A stretch of 64,000 bases of DNA from Vitrella brassicaformis CCMP3155 (Eukaryota > Protista > Chromerida): NCBI GenBank assembly GCA_001179505.1, contig CDMY01000372.1:33296-97295 (forward strand). Reading direction: 5' to 3'. The position numbers were made by a program, and so were the translations under genes. The notes under the pieces were generated by a model. The model worked only from the letters and a program-made list of their open reading frames with translations, ran no database searches and was not told the origin of the DNA. Below, in pieces: positions 1-10,883 of this stretch (position 1 is the first letter of the stretch; every line of letters begins with the position of its first letter).

Positions 1-566
1 CCCGAGGCGGCTGAGAGGCGGCTCGAGACATGACTGGATGGACTTTCTTGGCATATGGAAGAGGCTTGTGTCTGGTTTGTGTCGCGAAGCCACCTCTTGA
101 TTCACACGGGGAAGCCGCAAAGACTCTGCTGGCTCTCGCGCAGATGGTGGCGGGATCGGAGGGCGCACAACACTGTATGGCTCCTGCCAAGTCACTGACG
201 CCGCAGATGATGGCAGAACTTGGGCGCGCAACACTGTTTCATGATTCGCTGAAGACTCTGCAGCTGCTCACCCCTTCTTCCCCGCTTCTGCTATCACTAC
301 GCCTGTCCTCGGCCTTCTTCAGCCTCGAAAAGGCCTCGTACAGGTAAATCGATAACACATCGTATGCGGTTCATCCGTGGATGCGTACTGTAATAATGAC
401 ATATACAAATCGTGTACAAATAGTTGTACTAAGCATCGATAGTTCGACAAACCACGTACACTGGTGTAGCATAATGTTGGGACCATGCAGCCTAATATCG
501 TAACTCCCCGGTCCAATTTGTCATCATCCTTGATCGTACGGCAAACTGTTCCAACGGATGCCATCA

Positions 567-2340
567 TTATCGTGACCTAAGTGAGGAGGGGGCCTGGTAG
601 GTGGACTGGCCGTGGTCGTGGAGGTCGAGAGAGAACTCGGATGGACCCGTGACGGCAACGCGGTCTTCACGGGTCCGCTGATGGGAGTTCCATTTGCTAC
701 AGAAGCTCAGAGCTTGATGAAGCTCTTGGCCAAGCGACAGGGACCGGTGATCGAGAGGGGAGAGCAAAATGGGGACGGAGTTGCCATCCATGGGCGAGGA
801 GGGGCTCTGAGACATAGTCAACACCGTCTTGGATAACTGCATGACGGAAAAGAACAGCCTCTGGTAAAGTGACAGGTTCTCTTCAGTCGTGTTGACGTGA
901 GTGGCCCCTGTGTGCTCGTCTGTCGTCACGAATGGATTCTCTTGAGAGAGGAAGCTCTGCAGGCCGTCCAATGCTGCAATGGCATCCCTCATCGAAGCAA
1001 AAACTGGCGGGGGTGGTCCATAGGGAAGTGACGGAACAAGTGGTGATGCAGACGGTTGCCAAATAAAGTCCGCCTGTCCTCCTGTCCCAGTGGATTCGCC
1101 TGTTGCACCAGTGTCCCAGCGTCGCATCTCCGACAGTTGCTGTAGGAGCAGGCGCTGTTGTGGCTCCGACAGGCTCCGCAGCTGACTGAGAACATGCTGT
1201 CGGCTTTCGGGGCTCTGCACCAATGCCTGTAGGACTTCCCGCAGCTGTTCCGGGGTCTCGTGACTGGGGGCAGACGAGGGAGGCTGAACACCGGTCGCTC
1301 CTTCACTGTTCTGAGAGCCGGCTGGAGGGGGCGCGTACTGCTCGTTCTGATTTACAACAATGTAGCTTCTGTGGATGCTGCTAGTTCTTGTATAGACGAC
1401 GTACCTGTGGCGACTCTACTAATATGACGCCCTACACAGAATGACAGCACACGCCAATTCGTGTCACAGCAACGCTTATTTTGTGCATACCTCAATGGCA
1501 GGAAGATCGATGCCGTCATTCCTGTGGTATTTCTGATACATCTTGTATGACAACAAGCATGTAGAAGAACACACACATCCTCTTCATTGTCTAACGTTGA
1601 TTGCCATCGCTTCCTTGCTCACCTTGTACCTCATTCCTGTGCGGCGCTCGGCCTGGCCTGAAAAGGGGTTGAAAGCAATCGAGAAATAGCCTACCATGGA
1701 TGAAGGGACAGAAGAATTTGCCTACCATGGATAAAGGGACAGTAATAGCGATGACAATGCGAGTTCCTCTGATACGCAACGCAGTCTACTGTCTTGTAGA
1801 ACCTACAACAGACGCACATACGACACAGAGGAGCCCTCTCGCCCTCCACGTGTGGCCTACAAGGGATGGTAGAATACTTCCTCGGCAGAATGTGCATAGG
1901 GACACCTGACAGAGGAAGTGGTTCGAGGGTCAACCGACAAATTTGCGGACTCACTTGTTGCCCTTCGTGCAGTGGTTCGCACGGATGGACTCCTGACATA
2001 CCAATTAGCAATTACACCAGCCATGTCAGGCGGCAACGAGTCTTCAACAACCCACCTTTTCGAAGTCCACATCGACAAGGTTGCATTTGATCTGACAGTA
2101 CTTGATGCAGTCTCTCTTGTTGTGGTAGAAGACCCTCCGCCGATTCCATTCGATGTTGTGAGAGTATTGGCACCTAATGATCGTGATGAACAGCATGCAG
2201 AGGTCAAAATGGAGAAGGCTGCGACTTCGGTATTACCTGTCTTTGCCGAAGTCGCAGCCTGTTCCACCTGTCAGCCGTTGACACTTGCTCGTACGGAAAG
2301 TGGCGAGGTCTTCCTCGCTCAACAGAGGCGTGTAAGCCAT
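567..2340 (-). CDS. Unkempt-like multi-CCCH zinc-finger RNA-binding protein (multi-exon; 3' end uncertain, may extend left of 567)
   Basis: Manual splicing from ATG 2340 through short GT-AG introns gives MAYTPLLSEEDLATFRTSKCQRLTGGTGCDFGKDRCQYSH...NHCTKGNKCPYAHSAEEVFYHPLFYKTVDCVAYQRNSHCHRYYCPFIHGQAERR. These are three CCCH-type fingers. It joins in frame to the long Q/P/S-rich exon seen as ORF 567..1223. Confidence 0.75.
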
Positions 2341-2544
2341 GGGGTTGTCGGCACGTTTAGACGCTCAGAGATGATGAAAACCGACAGACGCCAGCTCTGA
2401 CGATGCAGAGCACCAGGATTGGTGGCGCCCGGGAAGGGGGAGAATCGTGGAGAATCCTTCGGGTCGAGCTTCGTGTAACTTTACTACCTCCGGCGGAAGT
2501 GCTCGGATTTCTACCGGGCGTCCCTTTTCCCAAAAGATAAGCTC

Positions 2545-3529
2545 ATGTTGTCTTTGAGCGATACCCCATTGGGCCCACAGGCGAACGTCGAGTCCCAGCC
2601 TTCAAGTTGCCCTCCCGAGCATCAGCATCAGTCCCGCTGTCCCCAGTCCCGAGCTGACTTCCACGCCGCGGAAGACGCCTACTACCGCGACCCCGCGAAC
2701 GACACCTTGCTCCAATTTCAGCCCTCTCAGCCCTTCATGTCTATCCAAGAGCACGGGAGGAAAATAATGGAAAAAGAACGAGAGCAACGACAAAAGAAGG
2801 AGCTAGGTCTGTCAGGGGAGCCCATGTACATGGCAAAACGCATACGTTTCTACCTGTTGTTCTTGTTTCTTCCCGTCGCTCTCAGATGAGAGATTGGCGT
2901 CCGATCCTGTTTTTGCGGAAAACTACCGTCTCTCTCGCTTGATGGAATGTGAGTCTGTATGGACGAGGAAAAGGCAATACCGACCGTCGACGATGAATGG
3001 CTCTTTCCTGTCTATACCATGCAGTTGAGTATGTGTTTGGCAACCACATTGAGGAGCTAGACTCGAACTGCTCTGAAGGTGAGCAAACATGCATTTGTGT
3101 TCGCAAGATATGTGCTCTGTGTCTGTCTCTGCCTGCCTGTGTGCGTGTTGTGCAGAGCCAGTTCTTACCAATTGGCCACAGCGGTCCCGCCATGTCACGC
3201 CCCCAATGCTCTCCTCGCCTCTGCTGCATGCAGCCACGCCAGCTGACAGTGACTCTGGATCGGGCGGATCCACCCCGCGGACACTCGGCCGTCCCTCTGT
3301 GGGCTGTTGGCCCTGTTCTTCGAAGGCCGAGCCGCTGAACTCACACTCTGATCATCGGCCCAACTCACATTTAGGAGAGCCCAATTCGGTCCCTCAACCG
3401 GTGTGGCAGCGGCTGTGGAGCTTTGTCTGTGCGCTGCCGGGGAATGTGTGGCGGGGCTGCCGCAAAGTGTGGGACTCCATCTGTGCCTGGTGCCATCGGT
3501 GCCTTGTGGGAGACAAGAAGAGCCGCTGA
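2545..3529 (+). CDS. Hypothetical protein, 4 exons
   Basis: GT-AG introns join ORF 2545 (..KKEL) to DERLASDPVFAENYRLSRLME, FEYVFGNHIEELDSNCSE and EPVLTNW..DKKSR* with consistent phases. No recognisable domain. Confidence 0.55.
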
Positions 3530-4548
3530 GGGCCAAAATGGCCTGCACGGGGGAGAGACGTGGCAAGGACGCCGAAAGGCTGAGATTAGCATCTGCCGTT
3601 CGGACGCCCTCGTGACGTGCTCTGCACCTTGTCAGGCGTTTACTGACCAGCGATTCACAAGTCTCTGGGAGGCCGACATATTCGGTGCCTCCTTCCCTGC
3701 ACCAGAGAGGGACGCCATGACGCAGGGGACCACCTTAGGTGCCATCATGACGAGCGCCGCTACCCCAGTGTTTTCGCCGGCTTGAGGAACAGCTTGAGTA
3801 CCTCGCAAGTGACTGACTCTTGAGGTTCTTGGGCAAGGAAAGGACGCCGTGTCTCGCGTATGAAAGACAATGCGACCGAGCCATCTGTTGACTAGAGGGA
3901 TTCAGGGTCTGAGTGGCAGTTTCGCTCGTTTCCGCTACCATTTGTCGCTTTCTTGGGCATGTCTCTTGTGACGGGACAAACGGTCTTTTCATTTCTGTCT
4001 TCTGGTATTTTTCTGACGCCACCACGTACTGGGGATTTGCTGCTCATACTGTGGTGCACTGATTGATGACGTGTCAAATGTTTGTGGCTATCGCCGCTGC
4101 TTTTACTGGCGACTTTCGATCATGGGATGTCAGGCAGGCATGGAGATTTTTCTGTGAATGGCGAGTGGGACACAACTAAGACAGGGCAGCGGGGCAGCAG
4201 TTCATCAAGAGTGCCATCGAGCTTCAGCCACTTCCTGGTACTTCCTGGGCAGTCTCTGTTGACGCCCATGGACGACAACAACGACAGAAGGAGCTTGATC
4301 GTTGACGCATACGCATCCCATATCTGCCTCCGAGAAGAGCCGCGGGGTGCACTCCTTGGTGCGATGCGGAGGTCTTCGAGAGGAAGCCGGGGCTGCAGTG
4401 GATGCCTCAGGCCCTCAACCACCTCCGAAGAGGCAGAAAAGGCTCCTGTCGGCACTTCTCCTGTCCGGGATGGCGAGCAGCAGCTTCCTGACACTGAGGG
4501 GAAGAAAGGACAGATGAGGGGCGTTATGCCTGGACTGGCAGTGGCAGC

Positions 4549-4641
4549 TTTTTTTTTTGGTTTGGTTTGGTTTGTTTTTTTTGGGGGGGGTTGGTTGGTT
4601 GGTTGGTTTGTTTTTGTGTGTGTGTGTGTGTGTTTTTTTTT
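4549..4641. repeat. Compound low-complexity tract: poly-T, (TTTGG)n, (GGTT)n, (GT)n
   Basis: Read directly from the sequence. Confidence 0.9.
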
Positions 4642-4790
4642 CCTATTGGATCCGCTGTTCAAGCCGTCGTTCACAGCGATACGCAGGCAATAATGCACAC
4701 ATGACACGCAGATCCTTCTTTCTCTCCGTTTGTCCTGTCTTGCGTGTTGTGTTGTCAGCAGTGTCTCGTGCACAGCAATCGACCCCCTGG

Positions 4791-5130
4791 CCCCCCCCCC
4801 CACTGCGCCCCCNNNNNNNNNNNNNNNNNNNNNNNNNNNNNNNNNNNNNNNNNNNNNNNNNNNNNNNNNNNNNNNNNNNNNNNNNNNNNNNNNNNNNNNN
4901 NNNNNNNNNNNNNNNNNNNNNNNNNNNNNNNNNNNNNNNNNNNNNNNNNNNNNNNNNNNNNNNNNNNNNNNNNNNNNNNNNNNNNNNNNNNNNNNNNNNN
5001 NNNNNNNNNNNNNNNNNNNNNNNNNNNNNNNNNNNNNNNNNNNNNNNNNNNNNNNNNNNNNNNNNNNNNNNNNNNNNNNNNNNNNNNNNNNNNNNNNNNN
5101 NNNNNNNNNNNNCCCCCCCACTGCGCCCCC
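4791..5130. repeat. C-rich minisatellite (CCCCCCACTGCG)n spanning a 300-N gap
   Basis: The same unit ccccccactgcgcccc is present on both sides of gap 4813..5112. Confidence 0.7.
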
Positions 5131-5192
5131 CACTTCTCTGCCCACCACTATATTCGGCCGCCGAGAGATTGCTGAGGACGAGCATTCAATCT

Positions 5193-5543
5193 ATGTGCCC
5201 CCCCTGGTCACGCCTAGCGAGTTTTCTGCATCGTCTGTCAGCGTGGAGAGCAGCGCCGCAATCGCATGTGCGGGAGCGGCACGATACGTCGTGGGTCTAT
5301 CCGGTCTGTTTGGCTGATGTCGACAGCACCGACACAAACACGCTGATTCTGCATCAGCCCAGCCGAAGCCCACCCACGGCAGAGCAGGCGCAACGGAGCC
5401 GAGAGGAGGATGCGCGCCACCGGGAGGAGTACCGGCAGATCGAACGGCAGATAGACGACTCGCTAGCCAATGAGCTCCTCGATTGGGCCGAGGAGGAGGA
5501 CAAGAAGAATGCTGAGGAGGCCAAGAAGGACGAGTGCGCATAA
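5193..5543 (+). CDS. Hypothetical small protein with an acidic/coiled C-terminus (may have upstream exons in the gap)
   Basis: Open frame MCPPWSRLASF...EEDARHREEYRQIERQIDDSLANELLDWAEEEDKKNAEEAKKDECA* with protein-like composition. No homology recognised. Confidence 0.4.
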   Translation: MCPPWSRLASFLHRLSAWRAAPQSHVRERHDTSWVYPVCLADVDSTDTNTLILHQPSRSPPTAEQAQRSREEDARHREEYRQIERQIDDSLANELLDWAEEEDKKNAEEAKKDECA

Positions 5544-5828
5544 GTCTTCTTCCTGTCTGTGGCTGGTCAGCCACTCCCTCCTTGACATATTGTCTCGTGT
5601 CTCCCGGCGTTTGTCGAGTACAAGGGGGGCTTGTTCATGTGTATGTTCCCATATTTCAAGACGTCAACCGTTTTTGCAATGAGGTCACGGGTGTGTGGAT
5701 GTGTGGATGTCTGCACAGACTCATGACTCGAATCACATTGAAAGCGCACAGGTGGTCACATATATATCAAACGTCAACCATCATTGTGCCCATCACACGG
5801 ACGAGTCGGAGCCGCTCAGGAGATGGAA

Positions 5829-6802
5829 AAAAGGCGAGCGTCACCCACCAAAGACAAACAGTGAAGTCCGTCTCTGGAGGCGGCCGCCAGAATCTTTAGC
5901 ACGCAACTGCTCCAAAAACGACTTCGCCATCACATGCACCGATGCAACCATCACGTACGTGTGAGCCAAGTCCGCCCCCGCTGTATGCACATGCAACATG
6001 CACCCTCGTCTCTCTTAAAAAGAGCAGTGACGGATCCACCGATGCAACGCCCCTGGCACGTACTTTCATCGCGCACACCCCTGGCACGTGTACGTTCATC
6101 GCATGGTCGGCACAAGTAGACATGCACCCCCCCCCCCCCCNNNNNNNNNNNNNNNNNNNNNNNNNNNNNNNNNNNNNNNNNNNNNNNNNNNNNNNNNNNN
6201 NNNNNNNNNNNNNNNNNNNNNNNNNNNNNNNNNNNNNNNNNNNNNNNNNNNNNNNNNNNNNNNNNNNNNNNNNNNNNNNNNNNNNNNNNNNNNNNNNNNN
6301 NNNNNNNNNNNNNNNNNNNNNNNNNNNNNNNNNNNNNNNNNNNNNNNNNNNNNNNNNNNNNNNNNNNNNNNNNNNNNNNNNNNNNNNNNNNNNNNNNNNN
6401 NNNNNNNNNNNNNNNNNNNNNNNNNNNNNNNNNNNNNNNNCCCCCCCGGCGATTCCCACGCCCGCACCCCTCAGGCCGAGAGCCGCCAGAGCTGAGGCGC
6501 ACCCACAACACAGCACACACATCACACAGACTGTCCATGATGCGCACGAAAAGGAAACTTTTCCCACTGACGCCCCTGCCACGTGTACATACATCGCATC
6601 GTCGGCATACTCGACATGCACCCCTCACCGGCGACTCTCAAGCCCTCACCCCTTGGGCTCGAAGAACGCCGGAGCTGACGACGAAAAGCCTCGACTCATC
6701 AAGAGAATGAAATGTGATGTAGAAAGCAGGGCTACAAGAACCTCGTCTCTCCACTGCCTACAGGGACACCTCCTTCTGATGCCCTTCGTCATCCCCCTCG
6801 TC
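5829..6802. repeat. Duplicated segment, copy A (homologous to 10220..10883)
   Basis: Long near-identical blocks, e.g. cagtgacggatccaccgatgcaacgcccctggcacgtactttcatcgcgcacacccctggcacgtgtacgttcatcgcatggtcggcacaag and gctgacgacgaaaagcctcgactcatcaa, occur in both places. Confidence 0.9.
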
Positions 6803-6912
6803 AACAATTCATGAGAACATGGTGATACATACGTTGTGGAAAAAGTGGGGGTGTGGCATGCGGGAAAAGGGGCTTAAACCAGTGAGTAGTAGAACCAGTG
6901 AGTAGTAGCAGG

Positions 6913-9884
6913 CTACTGTGCCACGTGGGGTCTCTTGACGAGGCAGTTGCGGAATCCCCCCTCAATCTCAGCACGGTCGAGGTTTCTGCACACACAACAC
7001 ATTCATTGCGGTCACCCTCCGCGGACCCGATACGAGGAGAACTGACCTGCCGATGAAGACCAGCTTGCACGAACGGGTCTCGGATGGCTTCCACTCGTCC
7101 TGTGGGATGCCGCTGCAAGATGGTGACATGACAGGGGGAGCATGATCGATAAATGAGCAGCAAGCGATGTCCGTAGTCACCTGAAGAGCATGTGGATTCC
7201 CTGGAACACGAACTTCGAGTCTTGGCCTTCCACGGCCAGCACTCCCTTCATGCTGCACGCACGGGCCAGAGTGACAGCCACTTATGCCTTCCTGTGTCAA
7301 ACCTCTTGGCCTACCGGAAGATATCTACGCCCTTGTTCTTCAGGATGTGCCCGAGCCAGGCGTTCAGTTTGCCCTCATCCACCTCGCCGACCAGGTCGAT
7401 ACCGATGCTCGTCACCGACTCGTCGTGCTGCGTGCACGCACACCGACCGGCCCACGTGACGTGACACGTGTACATGCATGTATGTGTGCACCATGCCGGT
7501 GGGGCACGTACTCATCTCACCGACCTGGTGCTCCTGGCCATCCTTCAGAAACTCACTGTCCATATCGAGGACCTGGGGGACACGGATGAGGGGGACAGTA
7601 AAGTGATCGACCCACGTGTGAGTGAGCACCTTGTCGAGCGAGAACGCACGGATGCCGAGGATGCCGTTGATAGTGCTCTCCAGGTTAGTGGCCACGTTGA
7701 GCGTCGTCTTGACGATTGGAGCGAAGTTGTTGATGGCGCGAATTCTCTCCTCGACCTGGGACAGATACGGGGCATCGACGAGGTCGATCTTGTTGAGCAA
7801 AATGCGGTCCGAAAACGCCAGCTGCACACACGCACACACATGTATTCCGCGGAGGCACGGGAGTGCAGCGAGCGATGGATGGATGCAGATTGGCGTACGC
7901 AGGTACCTGCTCGATGGCCTCGTTCTCTACGCCCTCAGGTTTCTCGTCGTCCAAGTGCTGGATGATGTGCTTGGCGTCGACGACGGTCTGCACACACCAC
8001 ACCACACCACACCACACCACACGAGGCAGAGGACACAGAGAGTGCAGGTCAGGTGTGGTGCGATCAGTTTCTTTGCGTCGCCTCACCACTATACCGTCCA
8101 GACGAATTCTCGCCTGGATGTAGTCGTCGACCTGAGTGTTTTAAGTAAGGACATGGGATGTATGGATGGGGCACACCACACGTGTGGACGAGTGAGACGG
8201 ATATGCATATATGCGTACGAAGAACGTCTGAGCAACAGGTGCGGGATCCGCCAGGCCTGATGGATGGCAGAGACCAGTAGGGTTGTTGACGCATGCCCAC
8301 TGTCCACTCCGTTCTCGCGGAAAGTGTCGTACGTACCTGTGGTCTCTATCAGGATGTGGTCGACACGCCCATCGGCGCGGCCGCTGCAGACACACAGAAG
8401 ACGGACCAGGTGCCCTCGGCGTGAATTATTAGTCGTTCCACGGCTCCAATGCAGGTACCTCTTGAGGATCTTCTTGAGCCCCTCCACCAGGTCGCCACGG
8501 ACTGTGCAGCAGATGCAGCCATTGTTCCTGACGCACGCACAGCACGGGGCAAGAGGCGGGTGAGGGGAGGACATACATGAGTCGAGTGGGTGGTGGGATG
8601 CGTACGCACATTTCTATGATCGTCTCCTCCTCCTTGAGGGCTTTCGTCACGAGGGCGTCATCGATGCCAACCTCGCCGAACTCGTTCTGTTCCATACACA
8701 CACCGCACAACAAACATGCCCCACACGCGCATGACTCGACGCTGTGGTTTCTCTCCGCACCTCGATGATAGCGATGCGCTTGTCGCCCTTCCAGTCGCGC
8801 AGGATATGGTTGAGCTGCATTGCATGGAGGAGAACACACGTATTCATCGCAAACTCTTGCGCAAGCCACACCCCCAACATAGCATAGCTACCAGTGTCGT
8901 CTTGCCACTGCCCAGGAAGCCTTGGATGACGATGCGCACGATTGACATCAAGTGAACGAAAGGGAAAGTGGAGAGACGTGTGTTTGTGCTTGTGTTTGTG
9001 TGCATTCCTCACGCACCTGTCAGCACAGTGGCTGGGATCTTGGCGTCCTCCTGCTGCGAGTAGCTCTTGCCCTCCATCGCCATGACTTCCTCGGTCTCCT
9101 GACGCAGCTCCTTGGCACGCTCATGATCGGGTGCGACCGAGATGACGGCATCCAGCTCGAGCTTAGCCCTCTTGTGAGCACCGAGGTTGCTGAGCACCTC
9201 CGACCGCGTGAGGAACAGCGGCACGAGCTCGGATACCACCTTGGCGTCGCCGGTCTGCTGGCGCGCGGCGTCCAGGAACTTCTTTGGGTCTGCGCAAAAG
9301 GCAAACAAACACGACATGCGACGGGCGACCGACGCCGCTCACTCGTCAAGCTTACTTACCGCGCATGGAAATGGACTCCAAGCCCAAGGATGCAGCGTAC
9401 ATGTCGATGGCTTTGTTGATGATCTGGATGGCCTGATATCAGGGGAGGGGGGGAGGGCAGACAGGGTGCATGAAGGAGGTGCAGAGGGGAACGACCCGCA
9501 GTACGTACGTACCATGAAGTAGTCGTTGTCCACCTTGAGGACCGCCTCCGCTGCCGCGGCAAGATCCTTCCACGAGGTGGCTAGATGCAGACACAGACAG
9601 ACAGACAGACAGAGCACATCCGTCCGTCCCAAATAGATTGCCTCCCCTCCCCTCCCCTCCTCCGTGTGTTGTGCTGTGTACATATACCCGAGCCTGCAAC
9701 ACATCACAACACAACACAACGCATCACAACACGACACAACACAACACCAGCGGCGTTGGCGGCCTGCCTGCGTCCTGTGTGTGTGTCTGTGTGTCCCAGC
9801 CCCCCGGTGACCCATTCACTCACTTGACAGGCGGTCCATCATCTCCCTGACTCTGCTCATCATGCTGTTGGCGAAACCTGACAT
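6913..9884 (-). CDS. COG0523/CobW-family (ZNG1/CBWD-like) zinc metallochaperone GTPase with an N-terminal TPR-like domain
   Basis: Spliced product has Walker [22 protein letters not shown], the CXCC motif NNGCICCTVRGDL, IETTGLADP, LLNKIDLV and a CobW_C domain (HDESVTSIGI..MKGVLAVEGQDSKFVFQGIHMLF..KLVFIGRNLD), with stop at 6913. N-terminal exons AIQIINKAID and LFLTRSEVLSNLGAHKRAKLELDAVISVAPDHERAKEL look like TPR helices. Confidence 0.9.
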
Positions 9885-10219
9885 GGTGGAGAAGTTGCCC
9901 AAAACCAGGGGTGTGACAACTCAGAGGGAGGGCAGGGACGGCTGGGGGAACGATCTATATTCAAGCAGCAGCAGCAGCGGTTACAGGGAGCTCTAGGCGG
10001 CCTGACATGGGGTTTGCAACCGTTACGGACACGAGTCTCGTTAAACACACTAACCAACCAACCGTCTCTGGAGATGGCTTTGAGCTGAACATCGATGACC
10101 AGCGGCTCACAATTCCTGAGCTGGATGGACTATCTGAGCGATGCAATGCATTGCACGTCTGAGGGCATTTTTCTGGCCACGCCCTCGGTGGCGGTTTGAC
10201 GCATAACGGGGGTGAGGGA

Positions 10220-10883
10220 AAAAGGCGAGTGTCACCCAGAAAACATGAAATCTATGGACAATGAAGTCCGTCTCGGAGGCGGCCATCTTTAGCACGCGAG
10301 TCCCTTCCTCCCCCCACTGCTCCAAAAACGACTGCATCGATGCAACCATCACGTACGTATGAACCAAGTCCGCCCCCGTTGCCGTGCGTCCTTCAAAATT
10401 CAAATATCGACCTCTCTCACATTCTCATCAGCCACTGCATGCACCCTCCTCTCTCTGTGCCTGGCCTCCAGCCAAACACACACACAACAGTGACGGATCC
10501 ACCGATGCAACGCCCCTGGCACGTACTTTCATCGCGCACACCCCTGGCACGTGTACGTTCATCGCATGGTCGGCACAAGTGGACATGCACCCCTCCCCGG
10601 CGATTCCCACGCCCGCACCCCTTCGGGCCGAAAACCGCCATGATGGACAATGCACTCCTCACCCAATGACATCGCATGGTCGGCACACTCGACATGCACA
10701 CACACCCCGGCGACTCTCAAGCCCTCACCCCTTCAGGCTGAGGAACCCCGGAGCGCTGACGACGAAAAGCCTCGACTCATCAAAAGAATGAAATGCCATG
10801 TAAAAAGGAGGGCTACAAGCACCTCGTCTCTCCACTGCCTACACGGACACCTCCTTTTGCTGCCCCTCGTCATCACCCTCGTC
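10220..10883. repeat. Duplicated segment, copy B (3' end and 3' flank of the second CobW gene)
   Basis: Aligns by eye with 5829..6802 and includes the last codons of the 10839..13247 gene. Confidence 0.9.

Noticed and set aside
3600-4540. Open frames on both strands (4082..4693 plus; 4120..4520 and 3892..4077 minus)
   Set aside because: No consistent splice model or recognisable domain; could be a gene but cannot be supported.
4549-4641. A-rich tract on the minus strand as a retroposon poly(A) tail
   Set aside because: No adjacent element body or target-site duplication could be identified.
6878-6908. 15-bp tandem repeat accagtgagtagtag x2 just after the CobW stop codon
   Set aside because: A trivial slippage duplication with no further structure.
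9205-9235. SELVPL in the TPR-CobW N-terminus resembling the ZNG1 CPELVP METAP1-docking motif
   Set aside because: It lacks the Cys-Pro and lies inside a predicted helix; probably coincidental.
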